NCBI GenBank assembly: GCA_964425855.1
Contig: CAYROE010000002.1
Coordinates: forward strand, 1-54,668
Reading direction: 5' to 3'
DNA length: 54,668 nt
Source: an uncultured Desulfurococcales archaeon
GTDB lineage: Archaea > Thermoproteota > Thermoprotei_A > Sulfolobales > Acidilobaceae
Below are positions 28,206 to 38,336 of this stretch, piece after piece. Made by a program: the position numbers and the translations under genes. Positions within the stretch are counted from its first letter, which is position 1. Every line of letters begins with the position of its first letter. The notes beneath the pieces are model-generated. The model was not told where the DNA came from. It ran no database searches and saw only the letters and a list, made by a program, of their open reading frames with translations.

Positions 28206-28904
28206 GTGACAAAGATAAAGAAACACTTCCTTAAACAAGGGATTCTCCAGGCTATGATAGACGAGTACCTAGCCCAAAACTTCTATGAGGCAGGATATAG
28301 TGGCGTAGTTGTAATACAGTCTGGTCTAGGTTCAAGAGTACACATATACGCGGAGAGACCAGCACTCATAATAGGAAAACGTGGAAGCACGATTAGGAGG
28401 CTCCAGAACATCTTCAGTACAGTATTTGGCCTCCAGGGAGTCCAGATAACAGTAAGCCAACCCGAGAAACCCGAACTCGATGCAAGAGTTCAAGCATTCA
28501 GAATAGCTAGAGCAATTGAAAGAGGATTCCACTTTAGAAGAGTAGCATTCGCGGCACTAAGGAGAATAATGGCAAATGGGGCAGTTGGAGTCGAGATAAC
28601 GATTAGCGGAAAGCTGACAAGCGAGAGGGCAAGATTCGAAAAGTACAGGGCGGGCAAGGTCTACAAGGCAGGACATATTGTAGACGAGCTCGTAGATAGG
28701 GCAGTCGCACACGCTAAGCTTCCTAAGGGAGTCCTCGGAGTAGAAGTAATAATAGTGAAACCAGGCAAGCCAGGCGACTATGTAAGAATAAAAGAAGAAA
28801 GCGAAGTCGCAGATATTATAAGCGAGCTTAGAGAGCAGTTAGAGGAAGCCGAGTTGCCTGAAGAGCTCCAAGAAATGATAGAGTCAAAAGAACAGGCACA
28901 GTAA
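28206..28904 (+). CDS. rps3p: Ribosomal protein uS3
   Basis: KH domain IYAERPALIIGKRGSTIRRL, acidic C-terminal tail, and synteny. Confidence 0.93.
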   Translation: MTKIKKHFLKQGILQAMIDEYLAQNFYEAGYSGVVVIQSGLGSRVHIYAERPALIIGKRGSTIRRLQNIFSTVFGLQGVQITVSQPEKPELDARVQAFRIARAIERGFHFRRVAFAALRRIMANGAVGVEITISGKLTSERARFEKYRAGKVYKAGHIVDELVDRAVAHAKLPKGVLGVEVIIVKPGKPGDYVRIKEESEVADIISELREQLEEAELPEELQEMIESKEQAQ

Positions 28905-28922
28905 ATAAATGGGGGATAGAGA

Positions 28923-29138
28923 ATGGCGAAGCACAAGATCAAGGCGGAAGAGCTAAGAAAGATGAGTAGAGAAGAACGAATGAAGCTATTAGAGGAATTT
29001 GAGTCTGAACTAATAGTTCTCCGACACAAGGCAGCCACAGGAGCACTAGAGAACCCTGGGCGTCTACGAGAATTAAGAAAGAACATAGCAAGGATACTAA
29101 CTGTTAATAGAGAAGAAGAACTAGGCAGGAAGAGTTGA
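28923..29138 (+). CDS. rpl29p: Ribosomal protein uL29
   Basis: ELRKMSREERMKLLEEFESELIVLRHK...NPGRLRELRKNIARILTV. Confidence 0.92.
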   Translation: MAKHKIKAEELRKMSREERMKLLEEFESELIVLRHKAATGALENPGRLRELRKNIARILTVNREEELGRKS

Positions 29139-29425
29139 AGCACGACGAGAAAAACATCTTTTTCCACGAGTTGATAGGTCTTAGAGCCCGTGTAATTAGG
29201 GCTTTTAATAAGTACCAGGAGGGATTAGAGGGAAAAATTTTCTGGGAGACTGAGAGGGGCATCCTAATAAAAAGAGATGACGGGGGACTAGCCCGTATCC
29301 TCAAGCACGAGGTGCTCCTTGAGCTAGAGCTTCCGTCTGGTAGGAAGATTATTGTAGGCGGAGACTATTTATTTGGGGATCCAATAGAAAGAGCTAAGAG
29401 GATAAAGAGGGTAAAGTGGAGGTAG
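29135..29425 (+). CDS. rnp1: RNase P protein component 1 (Rpp29/Pop4)
   Basis: HELIGLRARVIRAFNKYQEGLEGKIFWETERGILIK, in the canonical position between uL29 and uS17. Confidence 0.85.
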   Translation: MKHDEKNIFFHELIGLRARVIRAFNKYQEGLEGKIFWETERGILIKRDDGGLARILKHEVLLELELPSGRKIIVGGDYLFGDPIERAKRIKRVKWR

Positions 29426-29778
29426 CAAGAATGCCCAAGCCAAAAACCGTGAAAAACCTAAAGATACCGGGTGTTGAGCCACCCGCAACCATCTGTAATG
29501 ATCCAAACTGTCCATGGCACGGTAGCCTACGTGTGAGAGGAGTACTGCTGGAAGGAAAAGTCGAAAAAGTCAGAGCGAAGCGTCTAGCAATAATACGGCA
29601 CACATACATCTACTTTGATCACAAATACAAGAGATATGAGAGGAGAAGCAAGAAGATTGCTGCACACTTACCAGACTGTATATCGGTGAAGCCGGGCGAC
29701 ACTGTTGTAATAGGAGAAACACGACCAATATCCAAGACAGTTAAATTCGTCGTATTAGGCGCTAAGAAGACTACATAA
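29416..29778 (+). CDS. rps17p: Ribosomal protein uS17
   Basis: CNDPNCPWHGSLRVRG...PGDTVVIGETRPISKTVKFVVL. Confidence 0.93.
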   Translation: MEVARMPKPKTVKNLKIPGVEPPATICNDPNCPWHGSLRVRGVLLEGKVEKVRAKRLAIIRHTYIYFDHKYKRYERRSKKIAAHLPDCISVKPGDTVVIGETRPISKTVKFVVLGAKKTT

Positions 29779-29817
29779 ACCCCCAGTATTACTCTCGGAT
29801 AGGGGGATGAGGAAAAA

Positions 29818-30240
29818 ATGCCAAAAAAGAAGAAGTACGGAGCCGTGGAATCTAGAAAGGGTCTTAACCCAGGCCTTCAAGTAGGTAGCTACGTAAAGGT
29901 AGCTGATAACAGTGGAGCAAAAGAAGTCATGATAATAAACGTGCCATACATAAAGACAAGGCTAAGACGGCTACCACAAGCAACGGTAGGAGACCTCGTA
30001 GTTGCCACAGTAAAGAAAGGTACTCCGCAGATGAGGCGACAAATAGTATATGCCGTTGTAATTAGGCAAAGAAGACCCTTCAAAAGACCAGACGGTACAT
30101 GGGTAGCATTTGAAGATAACGCCGTCGTTATCGTAAATGCAGACGGAACACCTAGAGGAAGCGAAATAAGGGGACCCGTGGCTAGAGAGGCCGCCGAAAG
30201 ATGGCCTCGTGTCTCTAAACTAGCCACAATCATAATCTAG
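29818..30240 (+). CDS. rpl14p: Ribosomal protein uL14
   Basis: VADNSGAKEVMIINV...GDLVVATVKKG...IRGPV. Confidence 0.93.
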   Translation: MPKKKKYGAVESRKGLNPGLQVGSYVKVADNSGAKEVMIINVPYIKTRLRRLPQATVGDLVVATVKKGTPQMRRQIVYAVVIRQRRPFKRPDGTWVAFEDNAVVIVNADGTPRGSEIRGPVAREAAERWPRVSKLATIII

Positions 30241-30264
30241 GCGTAAAATGGAGGTGGAGCGAGA

Positions 30265-30705
30265 ATGGCTAGGTTAACAACCAGCAAACAACCGCGTAAA
30301 CAAAGGAAGGCGTACTTTAATGCTCCTCTTCACAAGAGACAGAAGCTCATGACAGCGCCTCTAAGCCCCGAGCTCAGGGAAAAGTACGGTGTCAAGAATC
30401 TCCCGGTAAGGAAAGGAGATAAGGTAAGGATAATGAGAGGAGACTTCAAGGGCCATGAGGGAGAAGTAGTTAGAGTCGACCTGAAGAGATATGTTATATT
30501 CGTAGACGGTGTAACAATAGAGAAGGCGGATAAAACCCCCGTGTTCAGACCTATACATCCGTCGAACGTCATGATAGTCTCTTTAAAGCTAGACGATGAG
30601 TGGAGGAGAAGAATAATCGAGAGGAGAAGCGGAAAAGAGGTAGAAGAAGGAGTAGAGGAGGCCGAAGAGGCCTCGGAAGAACAGGCCGAAGAGGAAAAGG
30701 CATGA
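30265..30705 (+). CDS. rpl24p: Ribosomal protein uL24
   Basis: KOW motif [25 protein letters not shown], with a Glu-rich tail. Confidence 0.92.
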   Translation: MARLTTSKQPRKQRKAYFNAPLHKRQKLMTAPLSPELREKYGVKNLPVRKGDKVRIMRGDFKGHEGEVVRVDLKRYVIFVDGVTIEKADKTPVFRPIHPSNVMIVSLKLDDEWRRRIIERRSGKEVEEGVEEAEEASEEQAEEEKA

Positions 30706-30725
30706 GCTAGCGGAGGTGGAAGAAT

Positions 30726-31487
30726 ATGGCAAGAATGGGAGGACAGAAAAGACTAAAGGCTCTGGCGTCACCTGTATTTTGGCCTATATCCAAAAAGAAG
30801 CAAAAATGGGCTGTTAAGCCTAGACCAGGTCCTCATGCTCAGGAGAGAAGTATACCTCTCCTCTACATAGTAAGAGACATACTACAATATGCGAGTACCG
30901 GTAGAGAAGCCCGAAAAATAATAGCAGAAGGACACTTCAAGGTAGATGGTAGGATAAGAAAAGACTACAAGTTCCCAGTAGGCTTCATGGATGTAATCGA
31001 AGTCGTCGACACAGGAGAAACCTACAGAGTAATGCCTTATCCAACAAAAGTCCTAGTTCTCCACCCTATACCTAAAGAAGAAGCACTTCTCAAACCAGTA
31101 AGAATAGAGAACAAAACAACAGTAAAGGGAGGCCACGTACAGTTAAACCTATACGATGGTAGAAACATCCTAATACGTGTAAAAGATCCGAGAAAGCCTA
31201 TAGAGGACGTATACAAGACCCTAGACACATTGCTCATAACACTACCAGAGCAAAAGATAGAGAAGCATGTAAAGTTCGGAACAGGAAAACTAGCGATAAT
31301 CGTAGGTGGAAGAAACGTAGGTAGAGTAGGTAAGATAGTAGGCGTCCAGAGAGCATGGGGTAGAAAGAGGAGCATAGTAACACTCGAGGATCTCAAAGGA
31401 GAAAAATTCCAGACGAGTCTAGACTACGTATTCATAATTGGTGAAGAAGAACCCTTGATAAGCCTACCGGAGGTGGCTAAGGCATGA
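30726..31487 (+). CDS. rps4e: Ribosomal protein eS4
   Basis: GGQKRLKALASPVFWPISKKKQKWAVKPRPGPH is the eS4 N-terminus. Confidence 0.93.
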   Translation: MARMGGQKRLKALASPVFWPISKKKQKWAVKPRPGPHAQERSIPLLYIVRDILQYASTGREARKIIAEGHFKVDGRIRKDYKFPVGFMDVIEVVDTGETYRVMPYPTKVLVLHPIPKEEALLKPVRIENKTTVKGGHVQLNLYDGRNILIRVKDPRKPIEDVYKTLDTLLITLPEQKIEKHVKFGTGKLAIIVGGRNVGRVGKIVGVQRAWGRKRSIVTLEDLKGEKFQTSLDYVFIIGEEEPLISLPEVAKA

Positions 31488-32044
31488 GTCTACCATTGGA
31501 CTCAGAGGAGATAACTAGGATACTGGAAGAATGGAAAAACCCTATGAGAAAGCCCAGAATAGCAAAAGTAACAGTTAACATAGCACTAGGATATGGAGGA
31601 GAACGCTTAGTAAAAGCAGCAAAAGTACTAGAGGAAATCACGGGTCAGAAGCCTGTATTTCGAAAAGCGAAGAGGACAATAAGAGCATTTGGTGTAAGAA
31701 AAGGCGAGAATATAGCAGTAATGGTCACGCTGAGAAGAGAAAAAGCGATAGAATTCCTCAAAAAAGCATTCGAGGCGGTAGGTTATAGGGTGAAGGCAAG
31801 TAGCATAGACCGGCATGGTAACATAGCCTTTGGAATAGAGGAGCATATCTTGATCCCAGGAGTAAAATATGATCCCGAGGTCGGTATCCTCGGAATGGAC
31901 GTTATAATTACCATCGAGAGGCCAGGGCATAGAATAGTGCGTAGAAAGAGGGCACGCAAACAACATATACCTCTCCGCCACAGAGTGAGACCGGAGGAAA
32001 CAATGGTGCTACTAAACGAGATGTTCGGAGTAAAATTCGTTTAG
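31484..32044 (+). CDS. rpl5p: Ribosomal protein uL5
   Basis: NPMRKPRIAKVTVNIALG...FGIEEHILIPGVKYDPEVGILGMDV. Confidence 0.93.
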   Translation: MSLPLDSEEITRILEEWKNPMRKPRIAKVTVNIALGYGGERLVKAAKVLEEITGQKPVFRKAKRTIRAFGVRKGENIAVMVTLRREKAIEFLKKAFEAVGYRVKASSIDRHGNIAFGIEEHILIPGVKYDPEVGILGMDVIITIERPGHRIVRRKRARKQHIPLRHRVRPEETMVLLNEMFGVKFV

Positions 32045-32060
32045 TCGAGGTGGATAAGTG

Positions 32061-32225
32061 ATGGGCAAAGTAAGGCCACCGAAGCCTAAGAGGATGGGAA
32101 GAGGCGCGCAGAGATGCATGCGTTGTGGAACAAGAGACGCCGTTATCCAGAAATATGGATTATATCTATGTAGGCAATGCTTCAGGGAGATAGCACCTCT
32201 TTTAGGCTTTGAGAAGACTCGGTAA
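32061..32225 (+). CDS. rps14p: Ribosomal protein uS14 (zinc-binding type Z, 54 aa); absent from the supplied ORF track because it is under 60 aa
   Basis: My own translation is [54 protein letters not shown]. It has the CxxC...CxxC pattern and sits in the canonical slot between uL5 and uS8. Confidence 0.9.
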   Translation: MGKVRPPKPKRMGRGAQRCMRCGTRDAVIQKYGLYLCRQCFREIAPLLGFEKTR

Positions 32226-32236
32226 AGAAAAGGGGT

Positions 32237-32647
32237 GTGGATGGCATGGTGATGCTAGACACGCTGGCAAACGCATTAGCAACGATCCAGAACGCTGAGA
32301 TGCGCGGGAAATCAGAGGCAGTTATAATGCCAGCTTCAAAGCTAATAGCCGCTGTTCTACGCGTAATGCAGAAAGAAGGATACATTGGAGAATTCGAGTA
32401 TATTGATGACGGCAGATGGGGCAAGTTCAGGGTTCAGCTACTAGGTAGAATAAATAAGACAGGAGTGGTAAAACCTAGAATACCGATAAGCTATAAGGAA
32501 CTCACAAGGCTTCCAGAGAGTCTCAGAAAATACCTTGCAAGCAGAGACATAGGAGTACTCATACTAACCACGAGTCAAGGCGTAATGACTCATAGAGAGG
32601 CTCTAGAAAGAAAAATAGGAGGATTTGTAATAGCATACGTATACTAG
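32237..32647 (+). CDS. rps8p: Ribosomal protein uS8
   Basis: [19 protein letters not shown]...[26 protein letters not shown]. The start is probably ATG 32246 or 32252. Confidence 0.93.
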   Translation: MDGMVMLDTLANALATIQNAEMRGKSEAVIMPASKLIAAVLRVMQKEGYIGEFEYIDDGRWGKFRVQLLGRINKTGVVKPRIPISYKELTRLPESLRKYLASRDIGVLILTTSQGVMTHREALERKIGGFVIAYVY

Positions 32648-32664
32648 ATCTACTCCCTCGCGTA

Positions 32665-32669
32665 TTTTT
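32665..32669 (+). terminator. Candidate oligo-T terminator after uS8
   Basis: A T5 run in CGTATTTTTATT, 18 nt past the uS8 stop, in the 33-nt gap facing the convergent rubrerythrin gene. Confidence 0.25.
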
Positions 32670-32680
32670 ATTATATTCTC

Positions 32681-33238
32681 TTAGAATTTCACGAAATCCT
32701 TGCCTAGCACTCCACAGATAGGGCACTTCTCCGGAGGCTCCTTTCCAACATATGTGAATCCGCAGACGGGGCATACCCAGATATATCCTTCCAGTGGCCA
32801 GTCCTCTCCCTTATCAACGTACTCCTTTGCCTGCTTGAAGAGCTCGGCATGTGTTTTCTCTGCTTCTAAGGCATACATGAATGATACCATTGCTGCCTTA
32901 TCTCCTTGAAGTTTAGCTATCTCAAGATAGGCGGGGTACATTTCGTTGACTTCGAATTCTTCACCTCTTATTGCAAGTTCTAAGTTCTTCGAGGTGTTTC
33001 CTGGACCGATCGGGACGTCGGCTAATGCGTGTGCGTCTTCGTTGAACTCTCTCAGTCTCCGATAGTGGTTTGAAGCATGTACTTTTTCGGCGTAGGCTAC
33101 TGCTCTAAAGAGTCTAGCTACGTTTGGGAAGCCTTCTCTCTCGGCTACTTCGGCAAAAATCAGGTATCTCATATGTGCCATGGATTCTCCTGCAAAAGCT
33201 GATAGGAGAGCATTCTTAGTCATTGGGCGAGGAGCCAT
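32681..33238 (-). CDS. rbr: Rubrerythrin (ferritin-like diiron domain plus C-terminal rubredoxin-like CxxC...CxxC)
   Basis: FAGESMAHMRYLIFAE, EKVHASNH, ALEAEKTHAELF diiron ligand helices, and C-terminal CPVCGF...CPICG. Confidence 0.88.
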   Translation of the reverse strand: MAPRPMTKNALLSAFAGESMAHMRYLIFAEVAEREGFPNVARLFRAVAYAEKVHASNHYRRLREFNEDAHALADVPIGPGNTSKNLELAIRGEEFEVNEMYPAYLEIAKLQGDKAAMVSFMYALEAEKTHAELFKQAKEYVDKGEDWPLEGYIWVCPVCGFTYVGKEPPEKCPICGVLGKDFVKF

Positions 33239-33446
33239 ATTTCATCACGTCAATAGATATTGATTGTTGAAGTAAAATTATAAAATATGGTGTTAAAACC
33301 TTGTACAGTGTTATTGTTTCTGTTCGGTTCTTCGTATTATAGAGGGATAATAACTATATTCCCTTGTCTACAATTGGTGGAGAGGGGAGAGGAAGACCTA
33401 TTAAGAAGGTAGTACCGCCTGGATAACGCTGGGTAGGTGGTAGCGG

Positions 33447-34001
33447 ATGGTAAAAGACGTCCACATACAGAAAATAGTAGAAATCCCTGAAGGGGTAGAG
33501 GTCGAAATAGAGGGCTCAAAGGTATCTGTCAAGGGCCCGAAAGGAGAAATAACTAGGGAACTACCGATTCCTAAAGGAATACAGATCTATAAGAAGGATA
33601 ATCAAGTAATAATAGAAACATTCTTCGCAAATGCAAGAAAACGTGCAATAGTCGGAACACTGGCTGCACATATAAGGAATATGATAACTGGGGTCACGAA
33701 AGGATACAGGTATAAGTTAAAGATAATCTTCAGCCACTTTCCGATGAACGTTAAAGTAGAAGGGGACAAACTAGTTATAAGCAACTTCTTGGGAGAGAAA
33801 GCTAATAGAGTGGCCAAGATCCTTCCAGGAGTCACAGTCAAAATAGACAAGAAAAATAACGATATAATCGTTGAAGGCATTGATATCGAGAAGGTCGGTC
33901 AAACAGCAGCTAACATAGAACTCGCTACCAAGATAAAAGACAAGGACAGGAGAAAGTTTATGGACGGAATATACATCTATGAGAAGGAGGTGGCTCAGTA
34001 A
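33447..34001 (+). CDS. rpl6p: Ribosomal protein uL6
   Basis: [21 protein letters not shown]...[18 protein letters not shown]. An SD-like GGTGG lies just upstream. Confidence 0.93.
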   Translation: MVKDVHIQKIVEIPEGVEVEIEGSKVSVKGPKGEITRELPIPKGIQIYKKDNQVIIETFFANARKRAIVGTLAAHIRNMITGVTKGYRYKLKIIFSHFPMNVKVEGDKLVISNFLGEKANRVAKILPGVTVKIDKKNNDIIVEGIDIEKVGQTAANIELATKIKDKDRRKFMDGIYIYEKEVAQ

Positions 34002-34402
34002 TGAGCGAAGAAGTTAGACAACAACTAAAAGAAAAAAGGAAACTACAACGCAAGCTTGCAAAAAGGAGAAACAAACCAGTCTTCAGGAGGTACCTCTCCT
34101 GGAGATTCTGGAAGTTTGAGAGAAGAGAGTATTGGAGAAAGCCTAAAGGCAACGACAGCAAGATGAGGTTGCAGCTCAAAGGTTATCCGCCAGTAGTAAA
34201 GGTCGGATACCGTACCCAGAAGGAAATAAGAGGGCTTCATCCAAGCGGCCTAGAACCTGTATACGTGAATAATGTTAAGGAGCTAGAAGGTCTAGATCCC
34301 AGGAAACATATCGTAGTCATTGCGCACGCAGTAGGGCTCAAGAAAAAAATAGAAATAGTAAAGGAAGCCGAGAAAAAAGGTCTAAAAATCGCGAATCCAT
34401 AA
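34001..34402 (+). CDS. rpl32e: Ribosomal protein eL32
   Basis: FRRYLSWRFWKFERREYWRKPKGNDSKMR...GYRTQKEIRGLHPSG. Confidence 0.92.
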   Translation: MSEEVRQQLKEKRKLQRKLAKRRNKPVFRRYLSWRFWKFERREYWRKPKGNDSKMRLQLKGYPPVVKVGYRTQKEIRGLHPSGLEPVYVNNVKELEGLDPRKHIVVIAHAVGLKKKIEIVKEAEKKGLKIANP

Positions 34403-34413
34403 GACTCCGGTAA

Positions 34414-34890
34414 GTGGAGAGGTGTAGTATAATGGACTACAGGCTTCAAAGAAGGCTCGCGGCCGAGATCCTAGGCGTAGGAGAGAGCAGGATCTGGATA
34501 AGTCCAGATCCAGAACATGAGGAAGAGATCTCTCAGGCGGTTACGAAAGCTGACGTTATGGCGTTGATCAAACAGGGCCTTATACAAGTTCGCCCTAAGA
34601 AAGGCAACTCGCATAGATGGCTTGAAAGGCACAGGCAAAGGCGCAAGGGTAGGAGAAGGGGATATGGACGTAGAAAAGGAAGACAGACAGCACGTCATGA
34701 TCCAAAGAGAGACTGGATCACACGGATAAGGAAAATACGCAGGTACCTTAGATGGCTGAGGGACCACGAGGTCATAGATAGAAGAACTTATAGACGGCTA
34801 TATCGTCTAGCAAAGGGAGGTAGTTTCAAGAACTTAGCAGATCTTCGCAGGCATATGATCGAAGAAGGAATACTCAAAGGTGAACAGTAA
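34414..34890 (+). CDS. rpl19e: Ribosomal protein eL19
   Basis: [22 protein letters not shown] with an Arg-rich middle. The probable start is ATG 34432. Confidence 0.92.
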   Translation: MERCSIMDYRLQRRLAAEILGVGESRIWISPDPEHEEEISQAVTKADVMALIKQGLIQVRPKKGNSHRWLERHRQRRKGRRRGYGRRKGRQTARHDPKRDWITRIRKIRRYLRWLRDHEVIDRRTYRRLYRLAKGGSFKNLADLRRHMIEEGILKGEQ

Positions 34891-35492
34891 TGGGGCATGG
34901 ACCAAGATATAGAGTACCCTGGCGGAGAAGGAGAGAAGGAAAGACAAACTACTATAAGAGGCTTAAACTAATCAAGTCAGGAAAGCCTAGATTCGTAGTG
35001 AGAAGAACTAACAAGTACATCATAGTACAGGTAGCAGAGGCCAGGATAGGTGGAGACAAGATAATTGCTGCAGCACACAGCAGAGAACTAGTAAAACTTT
35101 ATGGATGGAAGGGAGGAACAAAGAACACTTCAGCAGCATACCTAACAGGCATGCTGGCGGCATATAGAGCATTGCAGAAGGGTGTAAAAGAGGCAGTACT
35201 TGACATAGGGCTACATGAGCCAGTGAAAGGCTCAAGGGTCTTCGCTGCATTAAAAGGAGCAATAGACGCGGGATTAGAGATCCCGCACTCAGAGGAAATA
35301 ATCCCAAGCGAGGATAGAATCGCGGGCAAACATATCTCGGAGTGGGCCAGCCAGCTAGCAAGCAGTGATCCTGAATTCTACAACAGGCAGTTCTCTGAGT
35401 ACTTGAAGAGAGGATTTAAGCCAGAGAACCTACCTTCACACTTCGAGGAAGTAAAGGAGAAGATACAGCAAGAGTACGCGTCACAGCAGTAA
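34890..35492 (+). CDS. rpl18p: Ribosomal protein uL18
   Basis: [45 protein letters not shown]. Confidence 0.93.
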   Translation: MGHGPRYRVPWRRRREGKTNYYKRLKLIKSGKPRFVVRRTNKYIIVQVAEARIGGDKIIAAAHSRELVKLYGWKGGTKNTSAAYLTGMLAAYRALQKGVKEAVLDIGLHEPVKGSRVFAALKGAIDAGLEIPHSEEIIPSEDRIAGKHISEWASQLASSDPEFYNRQFSEYLKRGFKPENLPSHFEEVKEKIQQEYASQQ

Positions 35493-35500
35493 GGAGGTAG

Positions 35501-36142
35501 ATGAAGATGGCGTATGCAGGCACAACACTAGAGGAATGGGTTCCAAGGACACGTGTTGGTAGACTAGTAAAGGAGGGAAAGATAGCCACAATAGACGAGA
35601 TATTCAGACAGAACCTACCCATACTAGAGCCCGAGATAGTTGATATATTACTTCCGGGCCTAGAGCACGAAGTAATAGACGTCAAAATCGTACAGAAAAT
35701 GACCGATGCTGGAAGAGTCACAAAGTTCAGGGCAGTAGTAGTTGTAGGAAACAGGGACGGTTACGTGGGTCTAGGAAAAGGAAAAGCGAGACAATTCAGA
35801 TTCGCAATCGAGAAAGCCACAAGAAACGCGAAGCTAAACATCGTACCCATAAGAAGAGGATGCGGAAGCTGGGAGTGTACATGTGGGGAACCCCACAGTG
35901 TACCCTTCACGGTAAGAGGAAAAAGTGGAAGCGTTGAAGTCATACTCAAACCAGCTCCAAAAGGTACTGGTCTAGTTGCAGGAGATGTGGCAAAGAAAGT
36001 ATTAACGCTAGCAGGGATAAAAGACGTGTGGACCATGACAAAGGGAGAAACGAGGACAAGCTACAACTTTGCGAGAGCAACATACCTCGCTCTCAGAAAC
36101 ACCTACAAGTTCGTGACCCCACTGGACTGGCTAAGAACATAG
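35501..36142 (+). CDS. rps5p: Ribosomal protein uS5
   Basis: [25 protein letters not shown]...[23 protein letters not shown]. Confidence 0.93.
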   Translation: MKMAYAGTTLEEWVPRTRVGRLVKEGKIATIDEIFRQNLPILEPEIVDILLPGLEHEVIDVKIVQKMTDAGRVTKFRAVVVVGNRDGYVGLGKGKARQFRFAIEKATRNAKLNIVPIRRGCGSWECTCGEPHSVPFTVRGKSGSVEVILKPAPKGTGLVAGDVAKKVLTLAGIKDVWTMTKGETRTSYNFARATYLALRNTYKFVTPLDWLRT

Positions 36143-36169
36143 CATTGAACTAAAAGGAGGTGAAGAATA

Positions 36170-36652
36170 ATGGCGTTATACGCAGTGATCAGACTGAGGG
36201 GGACAGTGGACGTTCACCCGGATATAGAAAAAACCCTCTATCTACTAAGGCTTAGAAGAAAATATGCTGCATCACTCTATCACGATAGCCTACCAGGAAT
36301 AGTAAACATGCTGAGAAAGGTCCAGGACTGGGCAACCTGGGGAGAAATAGACCGAGAAACCCTAATCAAACTACTCTACACTAGAGGAAGAATACTAGGA
36401 GATAAGCCATTGACGGACCAATACGTTACAGAGAAACTAGGTCTCTATGGAGGAATACCCGAGCTCGCAGATAAGCTATTATCGGGAGAATTATACTTCC
36501 ACAAGCTAGAAAAGTACGGGATCAAGCCATTCTTCAGGCTTCATCCGCCAAGAGGAGGATTTAAGAAGACAATCAAGAGACACTATACAAATAGCGGAGA
36601 ACTAGGATACAGGGGATCCACGATAAACGAGCTAATAATAAAAATGCTCTAG
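36170..36652 (+). CDS. rpl30p: Ribosomal protein uL30
   Basis: YAVIRLRGTVDVHPDIEKTLYLLRLRRKYAASL. Confidence 0.92.
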   Translation: MALYAVIRLRGTVDVHPDIEKTLYLLRLRRKYAASLYHDSLPGIVNMLRKVQDWATWGEIDRETLIKLLYTRGRILGDKPLTDQYVTEKLGLYGGIPELADKLLSGELYFHKLEKYGIKPFFRLHPPRGGFKKTIKRHYTNSGELGYRGSTINELIIKML

Positions 36653-36670
36653 GCTAAGGGGTGTGTAGGA

Positions 36671-37132
36671 ATGGTAGTAAGAAGAAAGAAGAAGACAAGA
36701 AAACTAAGGGGAAGAACCAGAACCATGAGCTGGGGACAAATAGGCCAGCACAGGAAGAGCGGATCAAAAGGTGGAAAAGGTGCCGCAGGGCTAGGGAAAC
36801 ACGAATGGACATGGACTATAAAATATGCTCCTACCTGGTTTGGAAAACATGGGTTTAACCCGCCAAGAATAAGAGTAGGATACAAGACAGTAATAATCAA
36901 CCTCTATCAGCTCGAGGAGCTCGTCATGAAACAAGAACTAGCATCAAACGTGCCCCAGGAAGAAGGAAGAATAATAGTTAATCTAGAATCTATGGGAATC
37001 CACAAACTCCTAGGCAGAGGAAAGATAACAAAACCAGTAAAAGTGATAGTACCATATGCAAGCGAATCAGCCATAAAGAAGATAGAGGAAGCCGGCGGTA
37101 TAGTAGTAGTAACCGGTAAAGAAGAGGAATAG
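36671..37132 (+). CDS. rpl15p: Ribosomal protein uL15
   Basis: RRKKKTRKLRGRTRTMSWGQIGQHRKSGSKGGKGAAGLGKHEW. Confidence 0.92.
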   Translation: MVVRRKKKTRKLRGRTRTMSWGQIGQHRKSGSKGGKGAAGLGKHEWTWTIKYAPTWFGKHGFNPPRIRVGYKTVIINLYQLEELVMKQELASNVPQEEGRIIVNLESMGIHKLLGRGKITKPVKVIVPYASESAIKKIEEAGGIVVVTGKEEE

Positions 37133-37271
37133 CCTACTCCTTGTTGGATCCATAGTCAGGAGAGAATAATCTCCTCAGGTCATCCCTATTGTTTCTATTA
37201 TTATCATTAGGTTTCCACGCATAATCTATTATCGTTAACTAGAATTATTATCCTCGCGGCAACAATTTTTC

Positions 37272-38294
37272 TTGTCTCGGGGTAGAGATTCTATGGAAAA
37301 AACATGTAAAAGAAAACTATCCATATCAGATACAGTAATTGAAACAGTACGACTCGTAACAAATACACACATTAACCCGCTAGGAATACTTCACGGAGGA
37401 ACAGTCCTGAAATGGATGGTGACCACAGGAAGCATGAGTGCTATGCGGGTCTCGAGAGGGCCAGCACTCCTAGTTCATATGGATAATGTGTTCTTTATCA
37501 ATCCCGTTAGGCTCGGGAAAAACGCCGTTATAACTGCATGGATAGACTATGTCGGGCGATCTAGCCTAGAAAGCACTATCCTTGTGGAAGAAGAAGATCC
37601 TGTTACAGGAAAAAGAAGAATCACGACTGCTGCCCACACAACGTATGTAGCAGTCGACGAAAATATTAGTCCTAAGCCCATAGATTCCTGTATATACCCC
37701 AAAGGAGATATTGAAGAAGAACTATATAGTAGAGCCTTGAAACGCAGAAAAGAGAGAGTTAGAACAAAAGAGTTAAAGAGAGTTATACCTCTGGACGAGA
37801 GATATGTTCTAGATAACCATATACTGGTTAACCCCGAGGACACTATCGCTTACAATGCCATGCATGCGGGAAGATTACTTCACGTATTGGATGAGACAGC
37901 CGGAATCCTAGCAATGAAATATGTTAAGGGCATTGCCGTTACAGCAGCTGTCGACGCTACAGACTTCATTGCTCCCATACTTGTAGGTGAAGTCTTAGAT
38001 ATCAAGGCCGCCCTGACATATGTAGGCCGTACAACGGTGGAGATTGGGCTGGAGGTTAGGACGTATAATCCATTTACGAACGAGTATAGGCACACTGTTA
38101 CGAGTTACTTTACACTAGTACACTTGTCTCCTGCAGGCAAGCCTTCTCCGGTTCCTAAACTGGAGATTGTTGATGACCGGCAGAGGCTGATTATTGAGGA
38201 GGCTAGGAAGAGGAGGGAGAAGAGACTAGATCTCCTTGAATTCTTCAAGAGGGAGGCTTCTCGGATCAAGCCTCCCCGAAGATATTATGGTTAA
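37272..38294 (+). CDS. Acyl-CoA thioesterase with tandem hotdog domains
   Basis: Two repeats of the acyl-CoA hydrolase hotdog signature (HINPLGILHGGTVLKWM and NAMHAGRLLHVLDETAG). ~340 aa. Confidence 0.7.
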   Translation: MSRGRDSMEKTCKRKLSISDTVIETVRLVTNTHINPLGILHGGTVLKWMVTTGSMSAMRVSRGPALLVHMDNVFFINPVRLGKNAVITAWIDYVGRSSLESTILVEEEDPVTGKRRITTAAHTTYVAVDENISPKPIDSCIYPKGDIEEELYSRALKRRKERVRTKELKRVIPLDERYVLDNHILVNPEDTIAYNAMHAGRLLHVLDETAGILAMKYVKGIAVTAAVDATDFIAPILVGEVLDIKAALTYVGRTTVEIGLEVRTYNPFTNEYRHTVTSYFTLVHLSPAGKPSPVPKLEIVDDRQRLIIEEARKRREKRLDLLEFFKREASRIKPPRRYYG

Positions 38295-38336
38295 CACGAT
38301 AAATACTTTATTTATCGAGATAAATATCAGAAGCGA

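Noticed and set aside
38171-38190. UGAUGA-N10-CUGA inside the thioesterase gene as a C/D half-motif.
   Set aside because: It lies inside a well-supported CDS and has no second box pair or terminal stem. A chance occurrence is likely.
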